Below, in pieces: positions 12,256-24,230 of a stretch of DNA of 64,000 nucleotides; position 1 is the stretch's first letter, and each line of letters begins with the position of its first letter. A program made the position numbers and the translations under genes. Source of the DNA: Felis catus (lineage: Eukaryota); the NCBI RefSeq assembly GCF_018350175.1, contig NC_058368.1, positions 226,178,001-226,242,000 on the forward strand. Reading direction: 5' to 3'. The notes beneath the pieces were generated by a model that was given only the letters and a program-made list of their open reading frames with translations, was not told where the DNA came from and did not search any database.

Positions 12256-14071
12256 GATTTTCCCCCATTCTTATAAGTAATTAGTTCTTATTTGTAAAAT
12301 GTCTACGCAAGGCACTGAAAAAAGTAGCTGTTTTAACAATGAGAATGCTCTCAAATCGGGGCTTTGCAACTGAAAACTTAAATCCAAATGCAAAGTATTA
12401 TAATTTGAAATAAATTACAAAATAATTCATGTGTTAAAAATTAGTCTATCTGCCAACATTTTCTTGTAAATGATTTAGCTGTTAATTAGCGGTGTTTATA
12501 TGGTACATTCTTGGCATGTGAATTCATGGAATTGGTGAGCACAGTACAAATGAGAAAATAATTTGTCTTAATTTCTGACTCTCCTTTTATTAGATGTCAA
12601 AGATCTCTGCGTGTCCCTTCCATCCAACACCCCCCAACTTAAAACCATGCATGGTTTCACGTTACATTATTCCCTCATTAGCAATTTCTCCTTGAAGCAC
12701 CAGGTTACGATCAATACCTAACGTGCATAGTAACTATTAGTTGGGGTGATGTGTATTTAAGAAACCCAAAGTAACAACTGTAAAGTTAAAGGATTTCTCT
12801 GAATCTTTCACCATGAACACTCATAATGCTTATTTTCTCAAGATTTGCAAGCAAGGCATTATGTTCACAAATCAGAGCGAGGAAATTCTCATCACGTTGA
12901 CTTGGTATCTACGGATTTCAGGGGCATCAGGTCTCTGCTGTGACTTTCTTCTCATGGAGAAAAGTAAAAATGTGGGTTACCTCAGGCCTACTGGTGTTTA
13001 TCAATTGAACCTGAAAGCGATTTGCATTAAATTTCTGCTGACTTACTTGTGTGGCTTTTCTCTCTCTCATCGAGCAGGTGTAGTTAGAGTTCTTCATAAT
13101 CAGGCCACATATGCTGGGTCTCTTGACATGGGTCCCTTTGGTGTTGTAATGAAGCCGTGGTCAGCGTGAACTATGCACAGCCAGGGTTCACAGCTGAGAG
13201 GTAGCCATGGATATCCAGTTCCTATAAACTCCAGATCCATCCCTGGATGCCAGACTCGGGACTAGAGTCTGCATGGCAGCCCAAGCATTGCCAGAGAGTG
13301 ATTCCATGCTTTAAAAATTACGTGGCAGAGGGCCATTCTGGGGACTCTTTACAGCACTGAGGGCTCCAAGAAAATGTTAATCTCTTAGGGTTTATTGAAC
13401 TTGAACCGCATGCCGTCCCCGTTCTAAAGAGTTGCATATATGATCCCCAGTGCACAACAGCAGCTTTACCAGTGTTTAATACACAGTTGGTGTCTGTGCC
13501 AGTGCCCAATTCCAACGTGAGATGATCAGGAAGGTACCCTCAGCAGTGTTCCAGAAAACGAGTTCTCGGCACCCCCTCACACCCCACACGTATTGCGTTT
13601 CAGGGTCATGTGACATATCGCTGCTATCAGGGCCCTGAGGAGCTGATATTGCAGATTACAATACATGCTTTCAACTCCACTTCACCCATCACATAACTGG
13701 CAAGAGACTGAAAAATATTCCTGCCAAGAAACTTTGGATTGAAAGAAATTATAATAATGGAGACCTAATCAGACAATAAGAACATGGCCAAGCTGGCATT
13801 CCTAGTATCAGTTCAGTCATAGTTCCAGAAAAAAAAAAAGAAAGAACAAATCTAATCATACCTGACAAAAAGCCGAGAACCTAGCGAGTGAGTGAGAGAG
13901 TTTTAGAAACGTGGATTTGTATCTTCCATCGTTAATTAAGAATCTTGCCCCTAAGTGCATTGTTGTGGACTAGATAAAAACTAATGATTCTATAAATTCC
14001 TGGCTCGGAAACTTACTTCCTGTGACTTCCCAGGGGCACCACCAGGTACTGTTAAAATGTCAAGGAAAATA

Positions 14072-14089
14072 CAGCGCCACCTGTCGGGC
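14072..14089 (-). promoter_or_regulatory. Candidate CTCF-binding site
   Basis: Reverse strand reads GCCCGACAGGTGGCGCTG, close to the CTCF core CC(A/G)SYAGRKGGCRS with one mismatch. Confidence 0.5.
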
Positions 14090-15171
14090 ACTGGGTGAAT
14101 TACTATTCGAAGTAGCTTCCGGTTTCAGGTTTCAACATTAGATCTTGCACATTCCGTTTGATGATGTCGTGCATTGTGAAGCTAGATTTTCCGCATTTGC
14201 TGTGATAAAATGTAAGTGCTTCTCGACAGCCCAGGTGGAACAGGGAATGGAAGTGACAGCGTCTTATTTCAGTCTAAAGTTTGAGACGTACAGTGCCGAG
14301 CAGCAGGGTCATGTGTCTGTAACAAGTATTTATAGTCATTTAATAATGACACTTACCTGTATTATTATTATTTTTTTTCAAATGGCTACTAAGTTAGGGA
14401 ATAAATACTTATTAGTTGTCTGGATCCAGCTATTTAACAAGCGGGACTATAAGCAATTTCTTTTCGACTAGGAGCTTCGTGAGAAAGTTTACCGTCTTAC
14501 TAAGGGCTCCTTGAGCCTAGGAAATATGGCAACCTCGGATGTAAACCCATGATAATTACCAAGACCTTTTCAAAGGGTAATATACATAATACGGAGACAA
14601 GTCTCTTACACTGTTTCTACAAAGATAGTTTCAAATCATGTTTGAATAGGGCAGACCGGTTTCATTCATGTGCTCAGAATCTGTCTGAAGGTCTTATAAA
14701 CCTTACAGTTCTCACCATGCCTACAAATTTGCATTAGGCCATCTAGGTTCTCTTGAGACTTCGGTTGCCCTGAATTGGTGACTGCATTTCCAAGAATCAT
14801 GGCTGCCTTATATTTTAATTTGACTATGCAACTAAGACCAAACAGGCTGGGGACAAGCCCCACACACCAAAGTGCCTGTTCTTACTTACCCTAAAGTGCC
14901 TAGCTGTGAGGTTCCTCGGGGCAGCGTCTTTCATCATTCCCTGTGGGAGGTAGAAATCTTTACTAATAGAGCACGTGGGGTAGCAGGCTGTGCCTCTGGT
15001 TTTGGCTTCACTTCTAGAAAACATACTCTTATATTCCCTGCATGTCTCCCATCATCCATTATGCTCAGCTCCAGATTCAACTCTCTGTCTCATGTCAAAC
15101 GTCATTGACAGTTGTTTGCCCCCAGACTCATGGTTCTGCCCTCTCCTGGATTCATAAGGAAGAGGGGTAAT

Positions 15172-15387
15172 TTAAAAAAATGTTGATTTATTTTTGAGAC
15201 AGAGAGCACAGGTGGAGAAAGGGAAGAGAGAGAGAGAGAGAGGGAGAAAGAGAATCCCAAGCAGGCTCCGTGCTGTCAGCACAAAGCCTGGGCTGAGGGG
15301 GGGGGGGCGTTGGTCTCACGAACCATGAGGTCATGACCTGAGCTGAAACCAGGAGTTGGCCACTCAGACTGAGCCATTCAGGCACCC
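15172..15387 (-). mobile_element. Can-SINE
   Basis: Diverged SINEC body. Confidence 0.9.
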
Positions 15388-15699
15388 TGAGAAGTGATTT
15401 TTGTTCAGACTACTGAGACAACTTGGGGTGAGCTTTGTGTGAACTAGCCTTCCTTTTCCGTAGCCGAAATAAGTTCCGGAAGTGTCTCCATCAACGGTGG
15501 CCATCCAACGCCCTATCCTTTCTTTCCCTCCCTGCCCTTGCTGGCTTCTCTCATGCTGAGGCCCCAGTCTCTACGTACCAGGTCCTCACATTTTCTTTTT
15601 CTACTTCCTTCACCTCACAACTTATCATTGATTCTTTTCACCATTCCCAGACCCCTCATCCTGAGTCATTCCATGCCCAGAGGCACACAAAGCTAGCTG

Positions 15700-15990
15700 C
15701 TAACTTGTTGGCAGTTTGACTGAGCTCAGCTAGGCAGTTCTAATGTTGGTCTTGACTAGGCTCACTTATGTGTCTCTGGCAGCTGCCAGGAAGCTGGTAC
15801 TGACCGGAAACCTCAGGTGAGATGGCTTGTGTCCGATCCACATCTGGATGCTCACATGGCCAAGTCATTTCGGCCACATTCTATTGGTTGAAACAGGTCT
15901 CACAGCCAATCCCAAATGCAGAGTGGGGAATTGGCTCCACCCCTTGATGGGAAGAATTGCAAAGCATCATAGCCGTTTCTGGAATCTACA
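15700..15990 (-). mobile_element. MaLR LTR (MLT1) fragment
   Basis: gtcatttcggccacattctattggttgaaacaggtctcacagccaatccc…ccacccctt gatggga. Confidence 0.7.
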
Positions 15991-16130
15991 CACAAGGCCA
16001 GAGAGTGGTGCAGCCTTGTCCGTTGTAAATGTGAGTTTAGATTTCATTCATAATGTAAGTTGGAGAGCCATCTGAGAGTCTGGAGCAGAGCTTTAACATG
16101 ATCTGACTTAGTAATTGCAAAGTGTCTCTC

Positions 16131-16325
16131 GGGGCTCCTGGATAGGAGCTCAGGTCATGATTCTAGGGTCGTGGGATCGAGCCCTGCCTCGGCCGCGTGC
16201 TGAGCATGGAGACTGCTTAAGATTCTCTTTCTCCCCCTCTCTCTGCCCCTCTCCCCACTTGCACATGCACTTTCTTTCTCCATCTCCCTCTGTTTCTCTT
16301 CCTCTCTCTTAAAAATTAAAAAACA
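16131..16325 (+). mobile_element. Can-SINE with internal 5' deletion, inserted in an antisense L2 fragment (about 16020-16500)
   Basis: ggggctcctgg runs directly into ctcaggtcatg, followed by a (CT) tract and A tail. Confidence 0.85.
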
Positions 16326-16539
16326 GAAAAGGAAAGCCCCTCTGTAGCTGCTCTGAGGAGAAGAGACCATAGAGGGACCAGGAAGCTGAATGACCAGCTA
16401 AGAGGCTATTGAATAATCTTAAGTCAGATTTGGTGGCAGCTTGAACTGGGGGGAGGATAGCAGTGAAGGTGGTGAGAAACAACCATATTCTATGTATACA
16501 TTGAGTGGCTTCCCCTGCTTAGTCTTTCTTTTTGTCACC

Positions 16540-16656
16540 TCATGAAAGTTCTTTGTGGGTAAGGAATGCTTTATTTTCCACAGTGTTCCCCGCACCTAGG
16601 ACCATGCGTGGCACATAGCAGATGGTCAATACATATTTGTTGAATGAATGAATGAG
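16540..16656 (+). mobile_element. L2 3' end
   Basis: tggcacatagcagatggtcaatacatatttgttgaatgaatgaatga. Confidence 0.8.
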
Positions 16657-17599
16657 TAAAGGAATCTATTGGTCTTTCTATTTCTGAGGTGAACTTACAG
16701 AAGCTAATAGACATTCTCAGAAACTCTTTGGGACCCCAGTGGCTCTGGGTGGATCATGGCATGCAGTGCTGATCCAGGCCTCTGCTTGCTGTCCTTGGAC
16801 CAGGCTGCTGGGATGGGAGTGTCCTTGAGTTGAGCACTTAGCGGCATATGCATGGACATAAAGCCGAGGGGAATCCATTTGTGAAGGGTTATTTAGTAAT
16901 GCATTTGAAGCTAGTTCATTTCGCTTCATTGCATTCTGTGTGTTTATTTGAATCTGTGGGTTGAGTTTTTATTACTATAAATAGAAGTAATAAAACACAG
17001 AGCCTTGGGTTTTTTGCCTTAGAGGAATAATTGGTGGGATAAACTCAGAATCTGAGTGTTCTTAAATGGTATTGTCAGCAAGTCAGGAAACATAATTGCT
17101 TTGTTGGCTGATAGGACTTTAGTATCTCAAAACATAATCATGTTCATGGCTAGGCATCCTTTAACATTTTTAAATGGCTTCCAATATTCATGGCTCTAGG
17201 AATTCGGAAAAATTAAAATCAATTTTTTTTTCCAAGTCTTGTGGAGAAAGAGTGTCAGGGTGATGCTTTCCGCATGCTCTCTGCACCTAATACCAGAGGA
17301 AATATCTGCCTCTTCAGGACCCATCCTTCTATTCCTGCTCCAGAGCTCAGTCCCTCAACAACTCAGGGCTTTTGCTCCTCAATTGTTTTTCACCTCTTCC
17401 CTGACTCTTCAGTTGTGTCCTCTCGAGATTATTCCAAGGGTAGTTATACAGAGTTCTGTAGTCCCCTAGCCTCATTCTAAGAAACGGAACAGAAAAACCA
17501 AGATGACAAATACACCTTCCTTTGACCCACTCAGCCACGGCTCGCCTTTTCTTCCCTGGCCCCGGCACTCAGCGGCACCGCCCCCTTCCCTGCTTCTGC

Positions 17600-18690
17600 C
17601 TCTTCCCTTCCCTGTCCCTCTTCAACCCACTCGGAGCTGGCTTCTGCCTCCATTACTTTCCTGAAACTGTTCTTGCGGAAGCCAGTCAGGACCTGAAAGA
17701 GGAGTCTTCGGACATTTCAGAGCGAGACGCGGTGGGCGATGCCCTCCTTTGCTCGCTTGCCCGGATTCCTCTTTCCTCCTTCCCCTCATCTCACCCACTG
17801 CTCAGTTTTGTTTTGGTTTTTGTCTTGGTTCTCCTTCCTCTATCAAATATGGTCATTCTTTCGTGCTCGTAAATCCAACTACCTACTCCCTGTCGTCGCT
17901 TGAATACTTAATGGGGATTTCAAACTAAATGTCTCCAACAGAACTCACGGTCTTTCCCCTCAAAGTTTGTCCTCTCCCGTCTCCATGTGCTGCGCCTCCA
18001 TGCATCTGCCTTCTGAAGCTACCATCTGGCCCCAATCATGGCCGCTTCTTCTTTGGACCAATTGAATGGCCTTCTGAATGGATTTTCTGTTTCTTCCCTG
18101 CTCAGATCTATTCTCTACAAGGCAATGAAGGGAACATCATCTTCTGCCTTAAGACACTTCAGTGGTTGTTTCCCCAGTGACCTTGGGAGAAAGCCTCAGC
18201 CCTTGGAAGGGCCCCCAGCCTCTGTCTGGCCCATACCATGGCTGAGTCTGTGAGCTCCTTTCACATCACGGTATCTGCAGGTGGGCGTGTGCCTCCAGAT
18301 CGCCACGGGTGCTTCAGGGCTCTTCCCTCTGCCAGGCACACCTTTCCCTCTACTCTTCTCCTAATGAATTCCTTTTACCTGTCTCTCAGTAGGATAAAGT
18401 GCCTTTTGATCAAACCGGCTTCCTTGAACACCCAAATCCAAAAGAATTCTGTTCGCCTTCCTCCTTCAGAGCAGCCCATGTCTCTTCTCATGGCCCTTGT
18501 CACTTCTCATGGCCCTTGTCACAATGCGTAGTTACACGCTGACTTTCTTTGTGCCACTTTGGTCTAATGTCTGCAATCTTCTGCTCTGCTGTAGTTATCA
18601 CATGAGCAGGAACTTGCCTGACTTGTCACCAACATATGCCCAGCATCAGGCACATAGTAAGCACTCAGGTAGGATGAACGAGTGAATTTT
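17600..18690 (+). mobile_element. L2 LINE (long decayed 3' fragment)
   Basis: tcttcaacccactc…ggcttctgcctccattac…tgaaactgttcttg at the start; ends gcacatagtaagcactca…tgaacgagtgaat. Confidence 0.75.
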
Positions 18691-21508
18691 ACTTCCTAGG
18701 TTGTTTTGGAAGACAACCGAGTCTAAAGAAGGCAGTCGTCAGTTTCATCACCGAAGGCCTACGTGGCCTTCCTGTGGGACCAGTCCAAATGGCCACATGA
18801 CTGTGCTCTGCTGCTCTGTGTAGGGCACTTCCTAAACGTATGATCCCCTTTATGGATGCATACACAAAAATCTTTCAGGAGAGCAAAGAAGCTAGTCCTG
18901 AGACATGCCTACCCAAATAAATCAGTTTCAGAAAAGTTTGCACCATTTTATGAGATGGCTTTAAAAGGTTAGTGAATAAACATGCCGAGTGGGTACCGTC
19001 AGGAATAAATAATTCACAGCATCCCAAATGAGCCATATTATAGCAGAGCCGATCTAGTCATATTTTATTTATCTCTGTATTGAAGAAAATCAATTTGAGA
19101 AAATTTCCAGAGCGGTCCTGGTGCTTCGCCGATCCCCCTCCTCCATGTGTAAAGTTAGGTGATTCTTTTCAGCCAGAACAGCTGCAAATCCCATCCTATC
19201 TCTGGTAAGATCCCCACTGCAGTTACCACTGGAGTATTTAACACATTTGTCCTTTTCAGCGTGTTTCTGACTCGTCATTGATAATTGCTCTGCGGTGCTA
19301 ATCGCCAGCTTGACATTGTGTTACAGTTTAGTTCTCCTCCACCGTTGCTGTCCTCCTCAAAAGTCCTAGCTGGGCAACCTCGACACGCTCTCACCCCTGC
19401 ACGAGGTGATGGGACTACTTCTAGAAAACCACTTCTGGCTATGAAGGTGTTCTTCGGGTCTTTCAGCCAAATCCAATTTCTGAAGCGTTTGTCCACAGGT
19501 TTAGATATCTTTGTGCAGTTGTTCAACGTTGAATGAGGGTATACCTTTGAATTATTTCCAAATATTCCAAAAATGTTTTTCATCATATGCAATAGGATAG
19601 CAGGTTTTACTAATGATTCCAGGAGCCTTAAGATTAATTTTGCTAACCTTGTTTATAGGATCTATTTACTCTATCAAAGTAAGCCAAGTGTAATCAATAG
19701 CTCAGCATGGCTTTTTTTTTTTCTTTTTTTCTTTTTCCCGAAGTTCATATGGTAGCAGAGACCTGTTTCCTGTATCACCTGTACTAACAGTTCTCTGCAA
19801 TTTGGGGGAAGAATGAAGCCATTTGAGATAGTTAGAGTTATTTGAGGAAATCATAAGCATGGAAAATCAGGCAATCTCAGTTGCCTGTTAGATGTGGAAC
19901 CTGTCGTGAAGGTAGTATATCTTGTGCAGTATATTTCCTGGTGAGAGAGAATCCCAGGACCTGGGCACTGAAGTACAGTCAATTGGATTTCACAGAGCTA
20001 GATTCAATTTGGTGGTTGCAAAGAATCAGAAGGCATCGCGTGGTCAAAATGTTTCATTTCAGGACACTAACTTCAAGAAGACCATTCACTGACTTGATAT
20101 GCTCAAACACAAAGAGGATGATTTTCTTTTGTTCTGACAGTCATTAGTAAGTACATGCATGTTCCAGAGGCTAGAATCATGCCACACTCAACTTTCCCCC
20201 TCTTTCCCCCAATGATGTGCAACCTCACAAAACGCATTTCAACCTGTGCTCACAAGAGCATTTAGTTCTCAGAGACGCACATGCAAAACCAGTGTCAGCA
20301 AAATTGCTCATATTGAAATTGTCCTAGGAAAAAAAAAAATTTCCCGAAGTCAATAAGTCCCAGGTTTCAATTTCAACGTTCTCAAATTGTTATTTAGATC
20401 TTTTTATTCCTTCCTGCTTACCCAACGTACGAAACTCCTAGACCACGGGTAATGTACATGCCTCCTGAAAATACTTGTTTAGCAAAAAGTATTCTCCTTT
20501 CATGCTATTGCTTCTGTCCTGTCTTCTACGTTGCAGGGCTCTTGATTCAGATTTACTGATGAGTTCATTCTTTTCTCGTAAACCGATGAGGCCGTGACAT
20601 CAAGCTGCACTTGACGGTGCTCCCCTGCTGAGGAGAGAGCCAGGCGCGCACAAAATGCCACTCAGGGACGCGAAGGAAGAGAATCTAAGTGCCTACTGGG
20701 TGCCAGTGTTATGACAGAAGTGGACGCATTAGGGAAGGAGAGGGCACTCGTTACAAAATAATGGTTTAAATTAGACTCCCAAATTTCATCTTAATAAGTA
20801 GATTGGCTAAATATTTCATTTTAAGTTATTCTTACTGCAAAATGCCCTTTGCAAAGTTCCACCCCGGCCTTCGTTAAAAATGCTACTGCAAAGTCAAGAC
20901 TCATAATCCTATTCATGAACCTCACTGGTGACAGGAATTTATTCAGCGCAAAAGGCTGAATGTCGCAACAGCGTGAGCCATGGTGTGCAGTTAAATGCTA
21001 CCGATGAATAGTAGCAACTAGAAAACCTTGGTTGCTGGGTTTGGATTCCACAGCACAGGAATTCGTTTTGTTGTTGTTGTTGTTTTTATTGTTGTCTTAT
21101 GCTGAAAACAACAATCCAAATAACCAAAGTAAATAGAATCTCAGGGAAGATATGGGAAATCATATTGTTATTTCATGTTCATATTAATAATTCAGGCAGC
21201 CATTTCTTCTTGTTTATAAAAGAAAGAATTGCAGGAGAGCCGGCCCCAGTATACCTGCCAGCAGGTTCTCTGCATCTACCGGTTGGGCAAAGCGGCAGTT
21301 CTGGACGAAAAGGGGAGGTTACAACTCCATCAAGAGCAAGGATGCTTTCCTGGGTGGTAAACAAGCTGGAAGTAAGAAAAAAAGGCCATGTTGAAAAGAA
21401 TGCACAAACACGATCAGTGCAAAAATGAAACGCAAAAAAACCTTTTTCAGATTTTAGACTCTTTCTATACCTTTTTCTTTAGTTGTATAATCTCGGTTTT
21501 CATCTTAA

Positions 21509-21718
21509 TTTTTTTTAACGTTTTTTATTTATTTTTGAGAAAGAGACAGAGCATGAACGGGGGAGGGGCAGAGAGAGAGGGAGACACAGAATCGGAAGCA
21601 GGCTCCAGGCTCTGAGCCATCAGCCCAGAGCCCGACGCGGGGCTCGAACTCACGGACGGCGAGATCGTGACCTGAGCTGAAGTCGGCCGCTTAAGCGACT
21701 GAGCCACCCAGGCGCCCC
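21509..21718 (-). mobile_element. Young feline Can-SINE
   Basis: CpG-intact; perfect TSD tcggttttcatcttaa at 21493-21508 and 21719-21734. Confidence 0.97.
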
Positions 21719-21978
21719 TCGGTTTTCATCTTAAAACCAAGGTTTCTGTTACTCTGTGAAAGAGTAAGACAGTGACCTTCCTTTGAAAATAAAAAAATAC
21801 TCCCTTGATGTAAATATTGGAATTAGGAAAATGGATTGTATTGCTAACCATTTCTCAGAGACAGCGTGGTGTTGAGATTCTACTAAGGTCATTCCTTAAT
21901 TATGCCCCTTTTTATCCTCACTCAAATACCTGTATATTTTTTTAGTTGGAGAAGGTAGACTATGATCTAAAAAATGAT

Positions 21979-22223
21979 ATTTTATTTTATTTTATTTTAT
22001 TTTATTTTATTTTATTTCATTTTATTTTTGAGAAAGAAAGAGAGAGAGCTGGGCCTGCACACTCAAGTGGGGAGAGGCAGAGAGAGAGAGGGAGGGAGAG
22101 AATCGTAAGCAGGCCCCACACTGAGTGGAGCTGACATGGGCTCAATCTCATGACCATGAGATCATGACCTGAACTGAAATCAAGAGTCAGATGCTTAACT
22201 GAACGAGCCACCTAGGTGCCCCC
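21979..22223 (-). mobile_element. Can-SINE with (TTTTA)n tail
   Basis: SINEC body ending ggtgcccc. Confidence 0.92.
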
Positions 22224-22246
22224 ATTTTTCTAAAATTCTATCTTTT

Positions 22247-22365
22247 GGGGGAGCCTGGCGGGTTCAGCGGGTAGAGCATGCGACTCTTGATCTCAAGTTT
22301 GTAAGTTTGAGCCCTGTGTTGGATGTAGAGATTACTTAAAGATCAAACCTTTAAAAAAATAAAAT
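22247..22365 (+). mobile_element. Short (old-type) Can-SINE
   Basis: ggggagcctggcgggttcagcgggtagagcatgcgactcttgatctc…tagagattacttaaa. Confidence 0.88.
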
Positions 22366-22504
22366 AAAACTGTATTTTTAAAAATGGGGCACTAACAGCA
22401 GTGTATTTCTTTAGTATGCCTGGAAATATTCCAAATTTTAGTCATACTTTTCATTTGAATGCTGGTTAACATTAAACACAGTTGTTTCAGTGAAATGGTA
22501 AACT

Positions 22505-22713
22505 GGGGGCGCCTTGGTGGCTCAGTCCGTTAAGTGTCCAACTCTTGGTTTGGGCTCAGGTCACGATCTCACAGCTTCATGGGTTCAAACCCCGTGTCGG
22601 GCTGTGCCGTGGCAGTGAGGAACCTGCTTGGGATTCTCTCTCTCTGTACCCTTCACTGACTTTCTCTGTCTCTGTCTCTCTCAAAATAAATACACTTAAA
22701 AAAAAAAAAGAAA
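22505..22713 (+). mobile_element. Can-SINE
   Basis: TSD gaaatggtaaact at 22492-22504 and 22714-22726. Confidence 0.95.
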
Positions 22714-23199
22714 GAAATGGTAAACTACGTTAGATACAACTTACTTCTTTTGGAACGGAGGTCTCAACTCCCCATCACCAAAAGAATAAGAAAGCATAGG
22801 ATACCTTGAATATTGCCAATCCAATATACAAAGAGCTTTCTATAAATTATGTTAGGCTACTAATAATTTTAAGGAAAAAGAATATGTCTGCCAAAGATTT
22901 ATTTTAAATATATCTCATATTGCCAAGACTTTAGTTCACTAGGGGTGTCGGCCATGTCTGAGCAATTGCCTATCATGGATACCCTACCCGTCGTGCTTTG
23001 TGGTTATATCACTCTTTAATTCCTCAGCTTTTGATATGGAACCCATTATCTTCTTGTCAGACCTCAAGGAATACAGTAACTATTACTGCCTGGGCTGGAA
23101 ATTAGAAGTATAAAATCACACCATTTTCTGAGTCTGCTATTATTATAATAATAAATAAGGTCTGTACTAATAACAAAACAGATCTATAACTTTTGTTAT

Positions 23200-23320
23200 G
23201 TTGGCCATTAACTAGCTGTGTGATCTTGGGTAGGTCACTTTACCTTTGGTTCCAGTTTATGTAAAATGGGAATTTGGACTAGATGGTTTCTATGTACTTT
23301 TTTCAAAACTCTAATATTCT
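23200..23320 (+). mobile_element. MIR (MIR3-like)
   Basis: actagctgtgtgatcttgggtaggtcacttt…gtaaaatggg…tggactagatggtttcta. Confidence 0.75.
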
Positions 23321-24029
23321 CTAGTCCAAATACATATCCACTTTATATTATGTGGTTCTATTAAATTGTATTATGGCTGTGCACTTCATATACGAAGACG
23401 CGGTTCTTCACCTACGACTACAAGCCTGTATGTCAGTGAATTTTGAAAAATTCAAAAGTAGATGGGATGGATGGTCTTCTTCATTATGTCTGGTCCCCTT
23501 TGAGACCAGTGACACGATTGAATGATTCGTTTGTGCAAAACGATCTTACATATACTGAAACTGAACTATGTGATCTTGGGCTCAGTGTCCCAACCTAAAA
23601 TTATCATTTTTGTCCTTTAAAGGAGGCCTTTAAAATTACAAATATTCTAAATTTTTCTAAACCAGTAACAAAATATATAAATAGAATATGCTCAGGTTTT
23701 CTAGAGAACCCCAAGTGGGACTTCACTGATAAGTCACTCTAGTGATCCTGGAAAAAGAGTAGTAGTTGCTGTGTTTGATCATTTGAGAAAGCATCTCTGG
23801 GCTTGCTTTCTCTCAGAGCTCAGCTGGTGAGTTTCTGGGAGGTCCGCCCTCTTAACAGTTAATAGCTAGATGTCGTTCATTGAGTGCTTATGTTCCAAGG
23901 ATACCGCTAAGTGCGTAAAACTTATCTCTTGTGCTGCTCACAGCACTCCTACAGGTTGGTGTTTTGCGTTTGAGGAAACTGAGGCTCTGAAACAACAAGC
24001 AGATTTCCCAGAAATGCAGTTAGGACTCT

Positions 24030-24230
24030 TTTTTTAAAAAACTGTGTATTGATTTTTGAGAGAGCACAGGCCGGGGAGGCGCAAAGACGGGGGGACAGAG
24101 GGTCTGGAGCGGGCTTCTCCCTGACAACAGTGAGCTCCCGATGCGGGGCTTGAACTCACGAACCATGAGATCATCGTGACCTGAGCCGAAGTCAGAAGAC
24201 ACTCCACGGACTGAGCCACTCAGGTGCCCC
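24030..24230 (-). mobile_element. Can-SINE inserted in an antisense MIR (about 23855-24260)
   Basis: TSD gcagttaggactct at 24016-24029 and 24232-24245; MIR core tgaggaaactgaggctc upstream. Confidence 0.92.

Noticed and set aside
22247..22325. tRNA-like sequence
   Set aside because: tRNA-derived head of a short Can-SINE with an A-rich tail, not an intact tRNA gene.
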